From positions 640,001 to 704,000 of the forward strand of contig OZ241869.1 of the NCBI GenBank assembly GCA_965202805.1: a stretch of DNA of 64,000 nucleotides, read 5' to 3'. Positions 47,383 through 59,252 of the stretch are shown here, piece after piece. The stretch comes from Longimicrobiales bacterium. GTDB taxonomy: Bacteria; Gemmatimonadota; Gemmatimonadetes; Longimicrobiales; Gaopeijiaceae. The position numbers and the translations under genes were made by a program. How positions within the stretch are numbered: the stretch's first letter is position 1; every line of letters starts with the position of its first letter. The notes beneath the pieces were generated by a model. The model was not told the DNA's origin. It searched no databases and saw nothing but the letters and a program-made list of their open reading frames with translations.

Positions 47383-49434
47383 ATGAGGAGGATAGTCGTC
47401 GTGACTATACCGTTTATAGTCGGACCACCAATTGCATCGCAGTTGAGGCATATGGCGGCCGGAAGCCTGGCGCTGGCCGGGTTCTTCGCCCCGGTCCTCG
47501 CATTCTCCCCCGCCGGCCTCGCCGCCCAGCAGGTCCGCGTCAACCTCCGCCCCACCGTCACCTGGACCGAGTGGGACGAAACCCTCGGCCTCGGGGACGC
47601 GCGGTCCCTGGGAATCTCCGCCGGGCTGGGATTCGGGGACTACGTGGACCTGGCGGGCTACTTCAGGAAGAGCGACGACCGCTCGACCCACCTCTCCCGT
47701 CTGCCGTTCGCGGCCGGCGTGCGCACACCGCTGGCCGATCAGCATCTGCAAATCGCCTCATACGGCGCGGAACTGGCCATCGGGCTGGCCCGGGGCTCCT
47801 TCGTTCCGGTCGTCACGGGCGGAGCGGGCATCCTCAGGCTCCGGCCGGAGTTCGGAGACGAGGTCCAGCGCGTCCAGTTGAAGTACGGGGTGGGGTTCCG
47901 CACCCGGGTGCTGGGCGCGTTCGACGGGGAAGTGGTCGTGGAGCGCAGCCGGTACTATCTGGACCCGCTGGACCTGGCCGTACCCGTGTCGGTGGGAGAT
48001 CCGGCGCTCCCCGAGGATCCCGGCGCGGGCACGCTGCGCCGAAATCTGTCGCTGCGCGTGGGCCTCGGTCTGGAGCTGGGCGGACGGGACGACTACGGGC
48101 GCTGGGAGCGTGACCTGGACGACGATCCGCGATACCGGCGGTCTCCCTCCAGCGCCGCGTTGACGCTTGAGCCCTTCGGCGGCGGGCAGGCCTTCGACGA
48201 GAGCTTCGGCGTCGACGACCAGGGCATCGCTGGCTTCCGCGCGGGTTTCGAGGTGGGCCGCTCCCTCGGGCTGCGGGGCTTCTACTGGCGCGGCGTCGAG
48301 GACGGCTACAGCTCGTGGGAGGACGACGCCATCAGGGGCTACGGCGGGGAGGCGCTCTTCCACCTGGGCGGCCTCGGGCCGCTCTCGCCCCACCTGCTCG
48401 CCGGCGCCGGCAGGATGGAGTTCGGTCCGGACCTTGTCCGGGGCCGGGAGGCCATCCCCGCCGATCGCACGGCGCTGATCCTGGGTGGAGGCATTGAACT
48501 CGGACTGGGCCGGCATCTGCGGCTGACGGCGGCCGCGCGCGACCACATCATGTCGGGGCCGGACCTCGATGCCGGTGCCGTGGACTTCGAAGATGTCAGG
48601 GATCCGCGGCACCTCGTCCACAACTGGCAGCTGTCCGCCGGCCTGAAGATCCTCGTTGGGGGACGCCGCGGCCCCCGCCGTCCGGACTTCAGCCGGGACG
48701 ACCTGGCGGAGATGGAGGACCGCCTGGCGGACCGGGTGGACGCGCGCCTGGATGAGATGGAGAGGAGGCTCGAGGAGACCGCTCGCGACGAAGCCGCCAC
48801 CCCGGTCGAGGCCCGGCCCCAGGAGGTGCCTCTGACGCCGGTTGAGCCCGGGTTCGCGCCCGCGCCAACCGAACTCCGGCCCGAGCCCGCGCTGGCCGAG
48901 GCGGCACCCTCCCCCACGCTGACCGGCCCCGAGCCCGCCCCCGTCGAACCCGACCTCGATCTCCCCGAACAGGTCCGCGATGGCAGCCGGCTCGATCCTT
49001 CCCTCGGTTTCCCGGCCCGGGAACTGCGCCCCTACACGGGCGTTCTGGGCGGGCCCCACACCCAATGGATCTTCGGCGTCGCCGCGGACTGGGGCCCGAG
49101 CGACCGCCTGACGGCGTTCAACGTCGTCCCGGAAGCATCCCTCTCCTTCGGGCAGGGGAAGCCCAGCTGGATGGTGGCCGCCAACCTGCAGTACCGGCCG
49201 CCCTGGCTCTACCAGCGCGCCACCTGGTGGATCAGCCCGGTCACCTCGTTCGGTCTCGGGGTCCTCAACCAGGACGGCTCCGAGCTCGTGGTGAACGCCT
49301 CCTGGAGCGTGAACATCCAGCTCTCCCGCGTGCGCGGCCCCTGGGGTGAGCCCCTCAACCTCTACATCGCCCACCAGGGCATCGATCTCTTCAGAGAGGA
49401 GCGCCTGATCCTCGGGATCAGCGTGGAGAGATAG
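47383..49434 (+). CDS. Outer-membrane beta-barrel domain protein (tandem barrel-like regions, coiled coil and Pro-rich linker)
   Basis: Signal peptide, OmpA-like strand patterns, central LAEMEDRLADRVDARLDEMERRL helix and Pro/Glu-rich linker. Confidence 0.7.
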   Translation: MRRIVVVTIPFIVGPPIASQLRHMAAGSLALAGFFAPVLAFSPAGLAAQQVRVNLRPTVTWTEWDETLGLGDARSLGISAGLGFGDYVDLAGYFRKSDDRSTHLSRLPFAAGVRTPLADQHLQIASYGAELAIGLARGSFVPVVTGGAGILRLRPEFGDEVQRVQLKYGVGFRTRVLGAFDGEVVVERSRYYLDPLDLAVPVSVGDPALPEDPGAGTLRRNLSLRVGLGLELGGRDDYGRWERDLDDDPRYRRSPSSAALTLEPFGGGQAFDESFGVDDQGIAGFRAGFEVGRSLGLRGFYWRGVEDGYSSWEDDAIRGYGGEALFHLGGLGPLSPHLLAGAGRMEFGPDLVRGREAIPADRTALILGGGIELGLGRHLRLTAAARDHIMSGPDLDAGAVDFEDVRDPRHLVHNWQLSAGLKILVGGRRGPRRPDFSRDDLAEMEDRLADRVDARLDEMERRLEETARDEAATPVEARPQEVPLTPVEPGFAPAPTELRPEPALAEAAPSPTLTGPEPAPVEPDLDLPEQVRDGSRLDPSLGFPARELRPYTGVLGGPHTQWIFGVAADWGPSDRLTAFNVVPEASLSFGQGKPSWMVAANLQYRPPWLYQRATWWISPVTSFGLGVLNQDGSELVVNASWSVNIQLSRVRGPWGEPLNLYIAHQGIDLFREERLILGISVER

Positions 49435-49957
49435 CGTCCAGGTCCAGGGTCTCCATCTCCCCGTAGACGCCCTCGAGGCGGACGAGAAGTCCGGCGTCAA
49501 GGCCCTGCGGATAGCGGCTCAGCAGCCGCAGGCGTTCGTGGATGGCGGGGTCGGCGGCGACATCCTGTATGACCAGGGGAAGCGGGTCGGGCGGGTCGGG
49601 GGGTCCCCAGGCGAAGGTGAATGCCCAGAAGCTGTAGTCGAAGCCGCCCGCGTTCATGAATTGGGCGGTGTGGATCCCGGTCAAGGGGATCCGCGCCAGC
49701 CTCCCGGCCATCGCGTACTGCGGCGTCCGGTCCACCAGGACGATCAGCGCATCGTCGTCCAGCGCCAGGATTTCCGCCCGGAGGGTGTCGCTTCCCAGGT
49801 CGAGCACCGCCGCGATGCCGGCCGGTCGGGTGACGGGCGCAAACTCGTTGACGTCCGGCCCATAGTAGGGGATGCAGGCCGACATCAGCGCGGACAAGAG
49901 GCCGGCGAAGGCGAGTTGGCTGGCTGGACGCGACATCGTCATCTCCCGGGCGGTCAT
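49418..49957 (-). CDS. Hypothetical lipoprotein
   Basis: Lipobox MSAC; ATGA-coupled to the upstream ORF. Confidence 0.6.
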   Translation of the reverse strand: MTAREMTMSRPASQLAFAGLLSALMSACIPYYGPDVNEFAPVTRPAGIAAVLDLGSDTLRAEILALDDDALIVLVDRTPQYAMAGRLARIPLTGIHTAQFMNAGGFDYSFWAFTFAWGPPDPPDPLPLVIQDVAADPAIHERLRLLSRYPQGLDAGLLVRLEGVYGEMETLDLDAISPR

Positions 49958-50349
49958 CTGAAGGACAGGCCGGCGGCGATCCCCACCGCGACGGCAATCA
50001 GGGAGGGCAGGACGCTGTACTCGAACGTTCGATCCGGATCGATTTCGGTGTCGACGCTCTCGATGGCGATTACGCTGTCGCGCGCCACCCCGGAGACGGA
50101 GCCGACCGGACTGAGGCGAATGTCATAGCGATCTCCGTCGCCGGTCACCTGCTCCTGTTCGATCGTGACTCCATCCGGGAACAGGACCGTGGATCCGTCA
50201 GCCAGGTGGGCCTTCACGGATGACCGGATCACACGCGGGGCATCGTCCAGTTCGAGCGGCTCATGCCTGAGGGCCGTGACGCTCATGCACGAGACACCGG
50301 CTCCCATGAGCAGCACGGCGCTGACGGCGGCAACGCTTCTCATCGACAT
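49954..50349 (-). CDS. Hypothetical lipoprotein with C-terminal hydrophobic segment
   Basis: Lipobox GVSC and GGAGGG RBS. Confidence 0.6.
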   Translation of the reverse strand: MSMRSVAAVSAVLLMGAGVSCMSVTALRHEPLELDDAPRVIRSSVKAHLADGSTVLFPDGVTIEQEQVTGDGDRYDIRLSPVGSVSGVARDSVIAIESVDTEIDPDRTFEYSVLPSLIAVAVGIAAGLSFR

Positions 50350-50446
50350 TCCCTCCTTCTCATCGCAATCGAACGAAAGGACCGACCTTGCGCGGGTACA
50401 TCGCTTGTGACTCCAGCCTCGCGCATCGGGTTGCCTCGCATCGGGT

Positions 50447-50496
50447 CATCGTCGTCCCATGCGTTAAGCGTTTGAACCCCGGTGGAATACCATGGC
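50447..50496 (-). repeat. Inverted copy of the 47203..47252 element
   Basis: 41/50 identity by manual alignment. Confidence 0.8.
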
Positions 50497-50540
50497 GCGG
50501 CGACCGGTCGGCGCCGGTCACCCAGGCAGGTCGCGCAATT

Positions 50541-50690
50541 CGCCGGGAATCGTCCGCCGGACCCCTCAATCCGCCAGGAGTCGTCGGGCGGGCCGTTCAG
50601 CCCGTCAGGAGCCGTCCGCCGGACCGGTGCGTCCGTCAGGAACGCGTCCGCCGACCGACAGTTCAGCCCGTCAGGAGCCGTCCAGCGAAC
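50541..50690. repeat. Degenerate ~30-34-bp tandem repeats derived from the 3' end of the adjacent gene
   Basis: GTTCAGCCCGTCAGGAGCCGTCC is exact at 50595 and 50661, with degenerate units near 50541, 50571 and 50633. Confidence 0.65.
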
Positions 50691-51693
50691 CGTTCAGCCA
50701 TTCAGACCAGGCTTCGCGATCCGCGCCGAAATCTTCACCGCTGACGGCCTTCAGGAGATTCAGCGCGGATTCCCGCGTGCGCACATGCTCGGCGCCGACG
50801 TGCGCAAGCAGGAGGTCCGGCGCTTCCCGGATCAGCTGCTTCCCCAACGCGGGCTCGATCCCTGTGGCGGCCAGGACCTCGACCACCGTCTTGAACGCGA
50901 ACGGATTGGTGCCGTCGAGCACCGCCGCGATCGATTCCCGCGCCGCATCCCAGCGGACCGCGCGGCCGCTCTCCATGTGGGCCAGGCTCCCGAGCACGGA
51001 TGTTGCCGCGCCCGAAACCTGCCCGATGGGGTCGATCGTCGCCGAGATCAGGTCGTGCCAGACCGCGTCGTGTTCGCCGAAGTTGATGAGGACCGTCGCC
51101 GCAAGCGCTCGCGACATCCAGGCCGCGTCGTTCGCGAGTATCTCCTGGGCGAGGAGCCGATCCTGCTCGCCATCCAGGGCCGCGATCAGTTCCCAGAAGG
51201 GCTCGATGGCGGCCAGGTCGACGTCGAAGAGATCGGCAAACTTCCGCACGGTCTCGCGGTCCTGTCGCAGATCAAACCACTCCCGTGCCATGCCCAGAGC
51301 CGGAAGGTCCTCTTCGGCTGCGGACTTCAGAGCCTGCCAGGACTGAGGCAGTGCGATGGTCTCGCTTCCTGCGGTACGGTAGCGGACTCGGGCCCGGTCT
51401 TCGATGCCGACGATGACCGTGTATCGTTCGGACCTGGATGTAGTCGACTCGACGTAGCCGAAGACGCCGGCGTCGGCGAAGCCCAACTCACCCCTCATGG
51501 TGACCGCGCAGGCGTGGATGGGCTGGTCGGGAGCGGTCTGCTGGATCGCTTCGAGCAAACCCTGTGCAGTCCAGCGCTCCAGCCCGATGAATTCGATGGG
51601 TCCATCCGGCCCCTGGAGGACCTGACCCGTGCCAGGTGACGCCATCGCGGCGAGGAGAATCACCACGGCAGGAATGGTTCGCAGGATCGACAC
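50671..51693 (-). CDS. Hypothetical secreted protein with HEAT-like helical repeats
   Basis: Signal peptide from GTG 51693; helical repeats; C-terminal LKAVSGEDFGADREAWSEW. Confidence 0.65.
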   Translation of the reverse strand: MSILRTIPAVVILLAAMASPGTGQVLQGPDGPIEFIGLERWTAQGLLEAIQQTAPDQPIHACAVTMRGELGFADAGVFGYVESTTSRSERYTVIVGIEDRARVRYRTAGSETIALPQSWQALKSAAEEDLPALGMAREWFDLRQDRETVRKFADLFDVDLAAIEPFWELIAALDGEQDRLLAQEILANDAAWMSRALAATVLINFGEHDAVWHDLISATIDPIGQVSGAATSVLGSLAHMESGRAVRWDAARESIAAVLDGTNPFAFKTVVEVLAATGIEPALGKQLIREAPDLLLAHVGAEHVRTRESALNLLKAVSGEDFGADREAWSEWLNGSLDGS

Positions 51694-51828
51694 GGTTGCA
51701 CGTCCTCTCTGAAGTGCTGGTGAGCCGCCGCCCCTACCGCCCGTCCCCATGCGGTCGCCGCCCGCTCGATGCCGAACTCCTTCACAGAGATGTGCGACGC
51801 CGGTTCCGTAGTTCTACCAGCGTTCAGC

Positions 51829-52944
51829 CTATGGGTTTCGGGAGGTTCGGATCCCGGCCCTTCCCAATTCCTGGTCGATGGCCCTCATCTGCCCCAACAG
51901 TTGACGGCCATCGACAAGCACCACGGATGGAATGAAACCCCACGTCCCCCTTGTCGAGAAAGAGTTGCCAAACAGCAAATCTCCCCGGGGCCCATGACCC
52001 AGGAGTTGGTACCACCCGTCGATGGTCACCCGAAGACGTGCCTCTTCCGACCCGTATGCCGTGATCGAAGTCGTCGAATCACGCTCCTGCACAGCCCACA
52101 GCACAAAGCCGTCAACCAGCGCGAGTCCTGCCGGGAACGGAGGTTCCGCCGGGGTGACCTCGATCGTTCCCGACTGCAGTATCTCTGCCCTCTGTCCGGG
52201 GCCAAGGGGATCCAGGGTGATCTCTCGGAGTGTTTCGCCATCACAACCGATACGAAGAAGACGAGGACGCCCGGCCTCTTCAGAGTACACCAGCAGCCCG
52301 AACGCGTCTCCGTGGCTGAACCAGGTGTGATGCGCCCTGCCATTCAAACGTGATGGGGCGAAGACGAGGAGAGTGTCAAGCGATCCTCCCGGCGTGATCT
52401 CCCCCAGGACCGCGGCAGCTTCCGGCAGGGTGGCCCGCGTCACAGCGAACAGTCGGCCTGAACAGGCCTCGACGGCTCCCATTGCCGCGTACGCTGTACG
52501 CCGAGTGAATGCAAGCAACCGGCCCTCCGGGTCGAAGCGAGAGACTCCGAGTCGGTCGGTCAGGACGAAGCCGTCACCACTTGCGGTGGCCAGCGAAGAC
52601 GGACGAACGGCTTCACCAGGTCCTTCGCCGCCCGAGACCCACGCCTCCAGGAACTCGCCATCGCGCTTGAACACGCGAATCCATGGCGGCGACTCATCGA
52701 GAATGAGGACATTCTCCCCACGAATGACCGCGTCACGGGGCCGTCGCAGAAGCGACAGCCAACCGGCTTGCTCCGCTTCCCCGAACGTCGAGATTACTCC
52801 GACGTCATCCCACGTCAGAGGCGCTTGCGCCTCAACCCGGCCCTCCTCGGAAGTGCAGGACGCCATGCCAAGGAGACCGGCGACCATCACGAACAGGGGC
52901 ACTGAAGAGCGATACTCCAAGAGCGCCCTCCTCAGGTTATTCAT
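51829..52944 (-). CDS. Secreted lipoprotein, 6-bladed beta-propeller-like
   Basis: Lipobox MASC; IRVFKRDGEFL...GEGPGEAVRP. Confidence 0.68.
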   Translation of the reverse strand: MNNLRRALLEYRSSVPLFVMVAGLLGMASCTSEEGRVEAQAPLTWDDVGVISTFGEAEQAGWLSLLRRPRDAVIRGENVLILDESPPWIRVFKRDGEFLEAWVSGGEGPGEAVRPSSLATASGDGFVLTDRLGVSRFDPEGRLLAFTRRTAYAAMGAVEACSGRLFAVTRATLPEAAAVLGEITPGGSLDTLLVFAPSRLNGRAHHTWFSHGDAFGLLVYSEEAGRPRLLRIGCDGETLREITLDPLGPGQRAEILQSGTIEVTPAEPPFPAGLALVDGFVLWAVQERDSTTSITAYGSEEARLRVTIDGWYQLLGHGPRGDLLFGNSFSTRGTWGFIPSVVLVDGRQLLGQMRAIDQELGRAGIRTSRNP

Positions 52945-52958
52945 GTCGTCATCACAAG

Positions 52959-53180
52959 CGGAGGGGGTGGAATTCGCAGCCGAGGATGCGGAGCCTCCGC
53001 AACCTCAACCCTGGGTTCGAATAACAGGTAGCCCTGCCGGTGAGCTGGAGGGCGACCGGGGTGGGATTCGCAACCGAGGGGCCGCGACAGCGGCGCCGAA
53101 GGTGAAGCGAGGATGCGAAGCACCGGAGCTTCCACCCTGGGTTCGAATCACAGCCTCTCAGGGGCCGGGCTTTGCCCGGC
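52959..53180. repeat. Two tRNA-3'-end-derived hairpin repeats downstream of tRNA-Ser
   Basis: CGGAGGGGGTGG(A/G)ATTCG at 52959 and 53183, and GGGGTGGGATTCG at 53058. Each downstream unit also carries ACCCTGGGTTCGAAT. Confidence 0.75.
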
Positions 53181-53182
53181 AA

Positions 53183-53265
53183 CGGAGGGGGTGGGATTCG
53201 AACCCACGTGGGAAAAACCCGCCGGTTTTCAAGACCGGTGCAATTAGCCGCTCTGCCACCCCTCC
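53183..53265 (-). tRNA. tRNA-Ser(UGA)
   Basis: GGAGGGG/CCCCTCC acceptor stem, discriminator G, anticodon loop CTTGAAA, long variable arm, GGTTCGAATCC T-arm; CCA not encoded. Confidence 0.95.
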
Positions 53266-53534
53266 ATCTCCGCAAGATAGAAACCCCCGCGACCTGCTTC
53301 AACGCCCGGTGAAGCCCGCGTGTCCTTACGAAGTGACAAAACGCGGGCTGAGGCGGGGCGTGTGCGCGGGTGGAGTTACGTGGGGCACCAGTGGGAACGG
53401 GTGCCGACGGAGTGGGAAGTCGCGCACGCCTCGCCGCCTTGCCGCGTCCCCACCCGAACCTTCGATTAACAGCGTCGTCCGAGGATCCCGGACATATGCG
53501 GAACATCTCCGAAACCCGGCGGGAGGGCCGAGTC

Positions 53535-54569
53535 ATGAAATTCCTGTGCAGTGTGATGGTAGCGGTGTCCCTGATGCTGCTGGCGATGCCCGTCAGCGGG
53601 TTCGCGCAAGAGAACGACCCGACCCTGGAGGAATGGGTGGTGCCGTGGGAGCAGAGCCGGCCCCGTGATCCGTACGTGGCCCCCGACGGCCGTGTCTGGT
53701 TCGCCGGCCAGCGCTCCCACTACGCCGCGGTCCTCGACCCAGAGACCGGCGAGATGGAGAAGTTCGACCTGCCCGACGGCGCCGGCCCGCACACCGTGGT
53801 CGTGGCTGACGACGGCATGGTGTGGTACACCGGCAACCTGGTGGGCAACCTGGGCCGCCTCGATCCGGAGACCGGCGACATCGAGATCTTCCCCATGCCC
53901 GACGAGCGCGCCCGCGACCCGCACACCTTCGCCTTCGACGCCGCCGGCGACCTCTGGTTCACCGTCCAGGGCGGCAACTTCGTGGGCAAGTTCTGGAAGG
54001 AGAGCGGCGAGGTGCGGCTGGTCGAGATGCCGGACAACCCCGGCGCGCGCGGCGGGTCGACCCGCCCCTACGGGCTGAAGATGGATTCGCAGGACCGGCC
54101 CTGGGCGACGCTCTTCGGCACCAACATGCTGGTCATGGTCGACCCCGAGAGCTTCGAGCCCACCTACTTCGAGCTTCCGGAGGGGGCGCGCCCCCGGCGG
54201 CTGGTGATCGACTCCAACGACATCGCGTGGTACGTGGACTACGCGCGCGGCTTCCTGGGCCGCGTGGACCCGGCCACCGGCGAGGTGACCGAGTGGGCCA
54301 ACCCGAGCGGCGGCGATGCGCGTCCCTACGGCGTCGCAATCGACGGCGACGACCGCGTCTGGTTCGTCGAGACGGGCGTCCAGCCCAACATGTTCGTCGG
54401 CTTCGACACGCGCACCGAGGAGTACATCAGCTCGGTCGCGGTGGAGAGCGGGGGCGGGACCATCCGCCACATGTACTACGACCCGAACACCAACGTGGTC
54501 TGGTTCGGCGCCGACACCAACACCATCGGCCGGGCGGTGCTGCCGCCCTCGCGGCCGGTCAGCTTCTAG
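53535..54569 (+). CDS. Virginiamycin B lyase (Vgb)-family beta-propeller, secreted
   Basis: Signal peptide; repeated P...DG.VW(F/Y) blades; DPHT and RPYG motifs. Confidence 0.82.
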   Translation: MKFLCSVMVAVSLMLLAMPVSGFAQENDPTLEEWVVPWEQSRPRDPYVAPDGRVWFAGQRSHYAAVLDPETGEMEKFDLPDGAGPHTVVVADDGMVWYTGNLVGNLGRLDPETGDIEIFPMPDERARDPHTFAFDAAGDLWFTVQGGNFVGKFWKESGEVRLVEMPDNPGARGGSTRPYGLKMDSQDRPWATLFGTNMLVMVDPESFEPTYFELPEGARPRRLVIDSNDIAWYVDYARGFLGRVDPATGEVTEWANPSGGDARPYGVAIDGDDRVWFVETGVQPNMFVGFDTRTEEYISSVAVESGGGTIRHMYYDPNTNVVWFGADTNTIGRAVLPPSRPVSF

Positions 54570-54650
54570 ACGTCCACGCGCTGCTGGACGGCGGACGCTG
54601 CGGCCGGGTCGGTCAGGGGGGCCGGCCCGGCCGGTCGCGTTTTACGTATT

Positions 54651-55259
54651 TTGCGTAAAATGCGTATTTTGCGTATTCGGAACCGGTGGCTCATCGCCGG
54701 TGTGGCCGGTTTGGCGATGGTCGGCGCGGGCGGTTCTCCCGCCGCCGCTCCCCGCGCCCCGATCCCCCACGCGGACGGTCCGCCCCTCGCGCGCACCGGC
54801 GGGTTCGGCGAGCTCACCTGCATCGAGTGCCACCTCGACCTGGAGCTGAACGCCCTGGGCGGAGCGCTCCTGATCGACGGCATCCCCGGCTCGTTCACCC
54901 CCGGCGCGCCCTACGTGATTACGGTCGTGGTCGAAGGGGAGGGCATGGGGAGCGCCGGCTTCCAGGCCGCCGCACGTTTCCGGGAGGGAGAGCGGGCGGG
55001 GGAGATGGCGGGCAGCCTGGCTCCGCTCGACGGGCGCACCATCGTGCGCGGCGAGGACGGCGTCGACTACATCAACCACACCGTCGAGGGGAGCGAACTC
55101 GGTCCCGGCGACATCGCCAGCTGGAGCTTCGAGTGGGTGGCGCCCGCAGACGCCGCGCCCGTCGTCTTCCACGTCACCGGCAACTCCGCGAACGGCGACA
55201 ACTCGCCGCTCGGGGACCTCATCTACACGACGGAAGTGATTGTGCCACCGGGCGCGTAG
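54651..55259 (+). CDS. Secreted CxxCH plus Reeler-like (choice-of-anchor V) domain protein
   Basis: PPLARTGGFGELTCIECH heme-type motif; WSFEWVAP...GNSANGDNSPLGDLIY. Confidence 0.72.
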   Translation: MRKMRILRIRNRWLIAGVAGLAMVGAGGSPAAAPRAPIPHADGPPLARTGGFGELTCIECHLDLELNALGGALLIDGIPGSFTPGAPYVITVVVEGEGMGSAGFQAAARFREGERAGEMAGSLAPLDGRTIVRGEDGVDYINHTVEGSELGPGDIASWSFEWVAPADAAPVVFHVTGNSANGDNSPLGDLIYTTEVIVPPGA

Positions 55260-55376
55260 GCCGAACCCTTCCCGGACCCTCCGCCGCCTGCACTCGCACT
55301 CGCCTCCGGGCGGGCCACGAACCGTCCGCGGACATCACCTCCCGGGCGCTCCGCCGCCTGCGCTCGCAGGCGCCCC

Positions 55377-56876
<1,500 letters not shown>

Positions 56877-56960
56877 GTGCCGCCTCCGGGCGCCGGCAGT
56901 TCGTGGATGCACCGCCGCTCGCATGCCGGGCGTGGTTCGTCCACGGGCTGCCCTCTCCTG

Positions 56961-59252
56961 CTACTGCGCGTCCATGCGCTCGGGCAGAGCCCCGAAATAC
57001 ACCGCCCCCACCTCCCCGATGTCCGCCTCGATGCGAGCGTCCGCGCTCTCCACGACGAAACTGCCGCCGATTCCTCCGACCGTGCCGATCTCCGTGCAGG
57101 GCACGCCGTACTGACGGGCCAGCCGGCGCACCCGGTCGAGGTTCGCGGGGTCGCACGAAACCACCACGCGCCCCTGCGCCTCTCCAAAGAATAGTGCGGT
57201 GGAGGGCAGCGGGTCCGCCAGTCGGACGTGGATGCCGACCGGGTCCTCGCCCTCATGCAGCGCGCTCTCGGCCAGCGCGCACGCCAGGCCGCCCTCCGAA
57301 CAATCGTGTGCCGAGCGGAGCAGCCCCTCGCCGATCATGGCCAGCAGCGCCTGCTGGAGCACGCGTTCCGCGAGCAGGTCCACCCGCGGGGGCTTGCCGC
57401 CCACGATGCCGTGCATCGCGTACAGGTACTCGGAGGCGCCCAGCTCGTCGGTGTTGCGGCCCAGCAGCACGATGACGTCGCCTTCGGCCCGGAACGCATG
57501 CCGGGTGACGCGCTCGAGGTCCTCGACGATGCCGACCATGCCGATGACGGGCGTGGGATAGATGGGCGTCCCGCTGGTCTCGTTGTAGAGCGAAACGTTG
57601 CCGCCGGTCACCGGGGTCTCGAAGAGCGCGCAGGCCTCGGCCATTCCCAGCACCGCCTCCCGCAGCTGGTAGTAGATGTGCGGCTTGAGCGGGTTGCCGA
57701 AGTTGAGGTTGTTGGTCACCGCCAGGGGCAGCGCCCCCGCGCACGCCAGGTTGCGCGCGGCCTCGGCCACGGCGATGCGGGCGCCGGTGCCGGGCTCCAG
57801 GTAGGTGTAGCGGCCGCTGCAGTCGGTGGTCACGGCGATGCCGCGCGGCGTGCCGCGCACCCGCAGGACGCCCGCGTCTCCTCCGGGCTGGACCACGCTC
57901 GCCGTGCGCACGGTGGTGTCGTACTGGTCGTGGATCCAGCGGCGGGAGGCGAGGTTGGGGGAGGCGAGCAGGCGGAGGAAGTCGGCGGTGCGGTCGCCCT
58001 CCCCGCCGGCGTAGGGCGACAGATCCATCTCCCTGAGCGCGCGCACCTCTTCACCCTCGATGCCGGCGCGCTCGTAGGTCGGGCATCCCTCGGTCAGCGG
58101 CAGGGCGGGGATGTCGGCGACCGCGCGGCTGTCCTCCAGGATGCGGAAGCGTCCGTCGGAGGTGACGTGGCCCACCTCCGCCGCCTCCAGCTCCCACTTG
58201 TTCAGGATCTTCCGGACCTCGTCCTCCCGGCCCCGGTGCACGACCACCATCATGCGCTCCTGGCTCTCGGAGAGCAGGATCTCGTACGGCGTCATCCCCG
58301 GCTCGCGCACCGGCACCAGCGCGGTGTCGATCACGACGCCGCTCCCCGAACGCCCCGCCATCTCCGCGGCGCTGGAGGTGATGCCCGCGGCGCCCATGTC
58401 CTGGATGCCCACGATGTGGCCGCTGCGGATCAGCTCCAGGCTGGCCTCGAGCAGGAGCTTTTCGGTGAAGGGGTCGCCCACCTGCACCTGGGGCCGGCTG
58501 GCGTCGGAGTCCTCGCCCAGCTCCTCGCTGGCGAAGGTGGCCCCGTGGATGCCGTCGCGCCCGGTGCGCGCGCCCACCGCCATCAGCGTGTTGCCCTCCC
58601 CGTGGGCCTCGCCCCGGATCAGCTGCTCGCGCTTCATGATGCCGAGGCACATCACGTTGATGATCGGGTTGCCCTCGTAGCCGCGGTCGAAGTAGGCCTC
58701 GCCGCCGAGGTTGGGGATGCCCACGCAGTTGCCGTAGTCGCCGGCCCCGCGCACGACGCCGTCGAAGAGGTAGCGCACGCGGCTCGAGTCCAGGTCCCCG
58801 AAGTGGAGCGAGTCGAGGACCGCGACCGGGCGGGCGCCCATGGTGAAGACATCGCGCAGGATGCCCCCGATGCCGGTGGCCGCGCCCTGGTAGGGCTCGA
58901 CCGCGGAGGGGTGGTTGTGCGACTCGATCTTGAAGGCGAGCGCGTATCCGTCGCCGATGTCGATCACGCCCGCGTTCTCGCCGGGGCCCTGGATGACCCA
59001 GGGGGCCTCGGTGGGCAGGAGCCGGAGCAGGCGCTTCGAGTTCTTGTACCCGCAGTGCTCGGACCACATGGCCGAGAAGACGCCGAGCTCGGTGAAGGTC
59101 GGGGTGCGCCCGAGGTGGCCGACGATCTTGTCGTACTCCTCCGGCGTAAGACCGTGTTCGGCGACCAGCTCCGGGGTGATTTCCGGGTCTCCGGGACGCG
59201 GCTCGGGCGCCGCGGGCCCGCTGCCGTTGCCTCCGCTCGCGGGCGCGATCAT
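56961..59252 (-). CDS. purL: Phosphoribosylformylglycinamidine synthase subunit PurL
   Basis: [37 protein letters not shown] overlap with purQ. Confidence 0.97.
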   Translation of the reverse strand: MIAPASGGNGSGPAAPEPRPGDPEITPELVAEHGLTPEEYDKIVGHLGRTPTFTELGVFSAMWSEHCGYKNSKRLLRLLPTEAPWVIQGPGENAGVIDIGDGYALAFKIESHNHPSAVEPYQGAATGIGGILRDVFTMGARPVAVLDSLHFGDLDSSRVRYLFDGVVRGAGDYGNCVGIPNLGGEAYFDRGYEGNPIINVMCLGIMKREQLIRGEAHGEGNTLMAVGARTGRDGIHGATFASEELGEDSDASRPQVQVGDPFTEKLLLEASLELIRSGHIVGIQDMGAAGITSSAAEMAGRSGSGVVIDTALVPVREPGMTPYEILLSESQERMMVVVHRGREDEVRKILNKWELEAAEVGHVTSDGRFRILEDSRAVADIPALPLTEGCPTYERAGIEGEEVRALREMDLSPYAGGEGDRTADFLRLLASPNLASRRWIHDQYDTTVRTASVVQPGGDAGVLRVRGTPRGIAVTTDCSGRYTYLEPGTGARIAVAEAARNLACAGALPLAVTNNLNFGNPLKPHIYYQLREAVLGMAEACALFETPVTGGNVSLYNETSGTPIYPTPVIGMVGIVEDLERVTRHAFRAEGDVIVLLGRNTDELGASEYLYAMHGIVGGKPPRVDLLAERVLQQALLAMIGEGLLRSAHDCSEGGLACALAESALHEGEDPVGIHVRLADPLPSTALFFGEAQGRVVVSCDPANLDRVRRLARQYGVPCTEIGTVGGIGGSFVVESADARIEADIGEVGAVYFGALPERMDAQ

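Noticed and set aside
53183..53265. tRNA-Sec or tRNA-Leu
   Set aside because: The anticodon is UGA (reads UCA, Ser), the acceptor stem is 7 bp and the discriminator is G; Sec needs a UCA anticodon.
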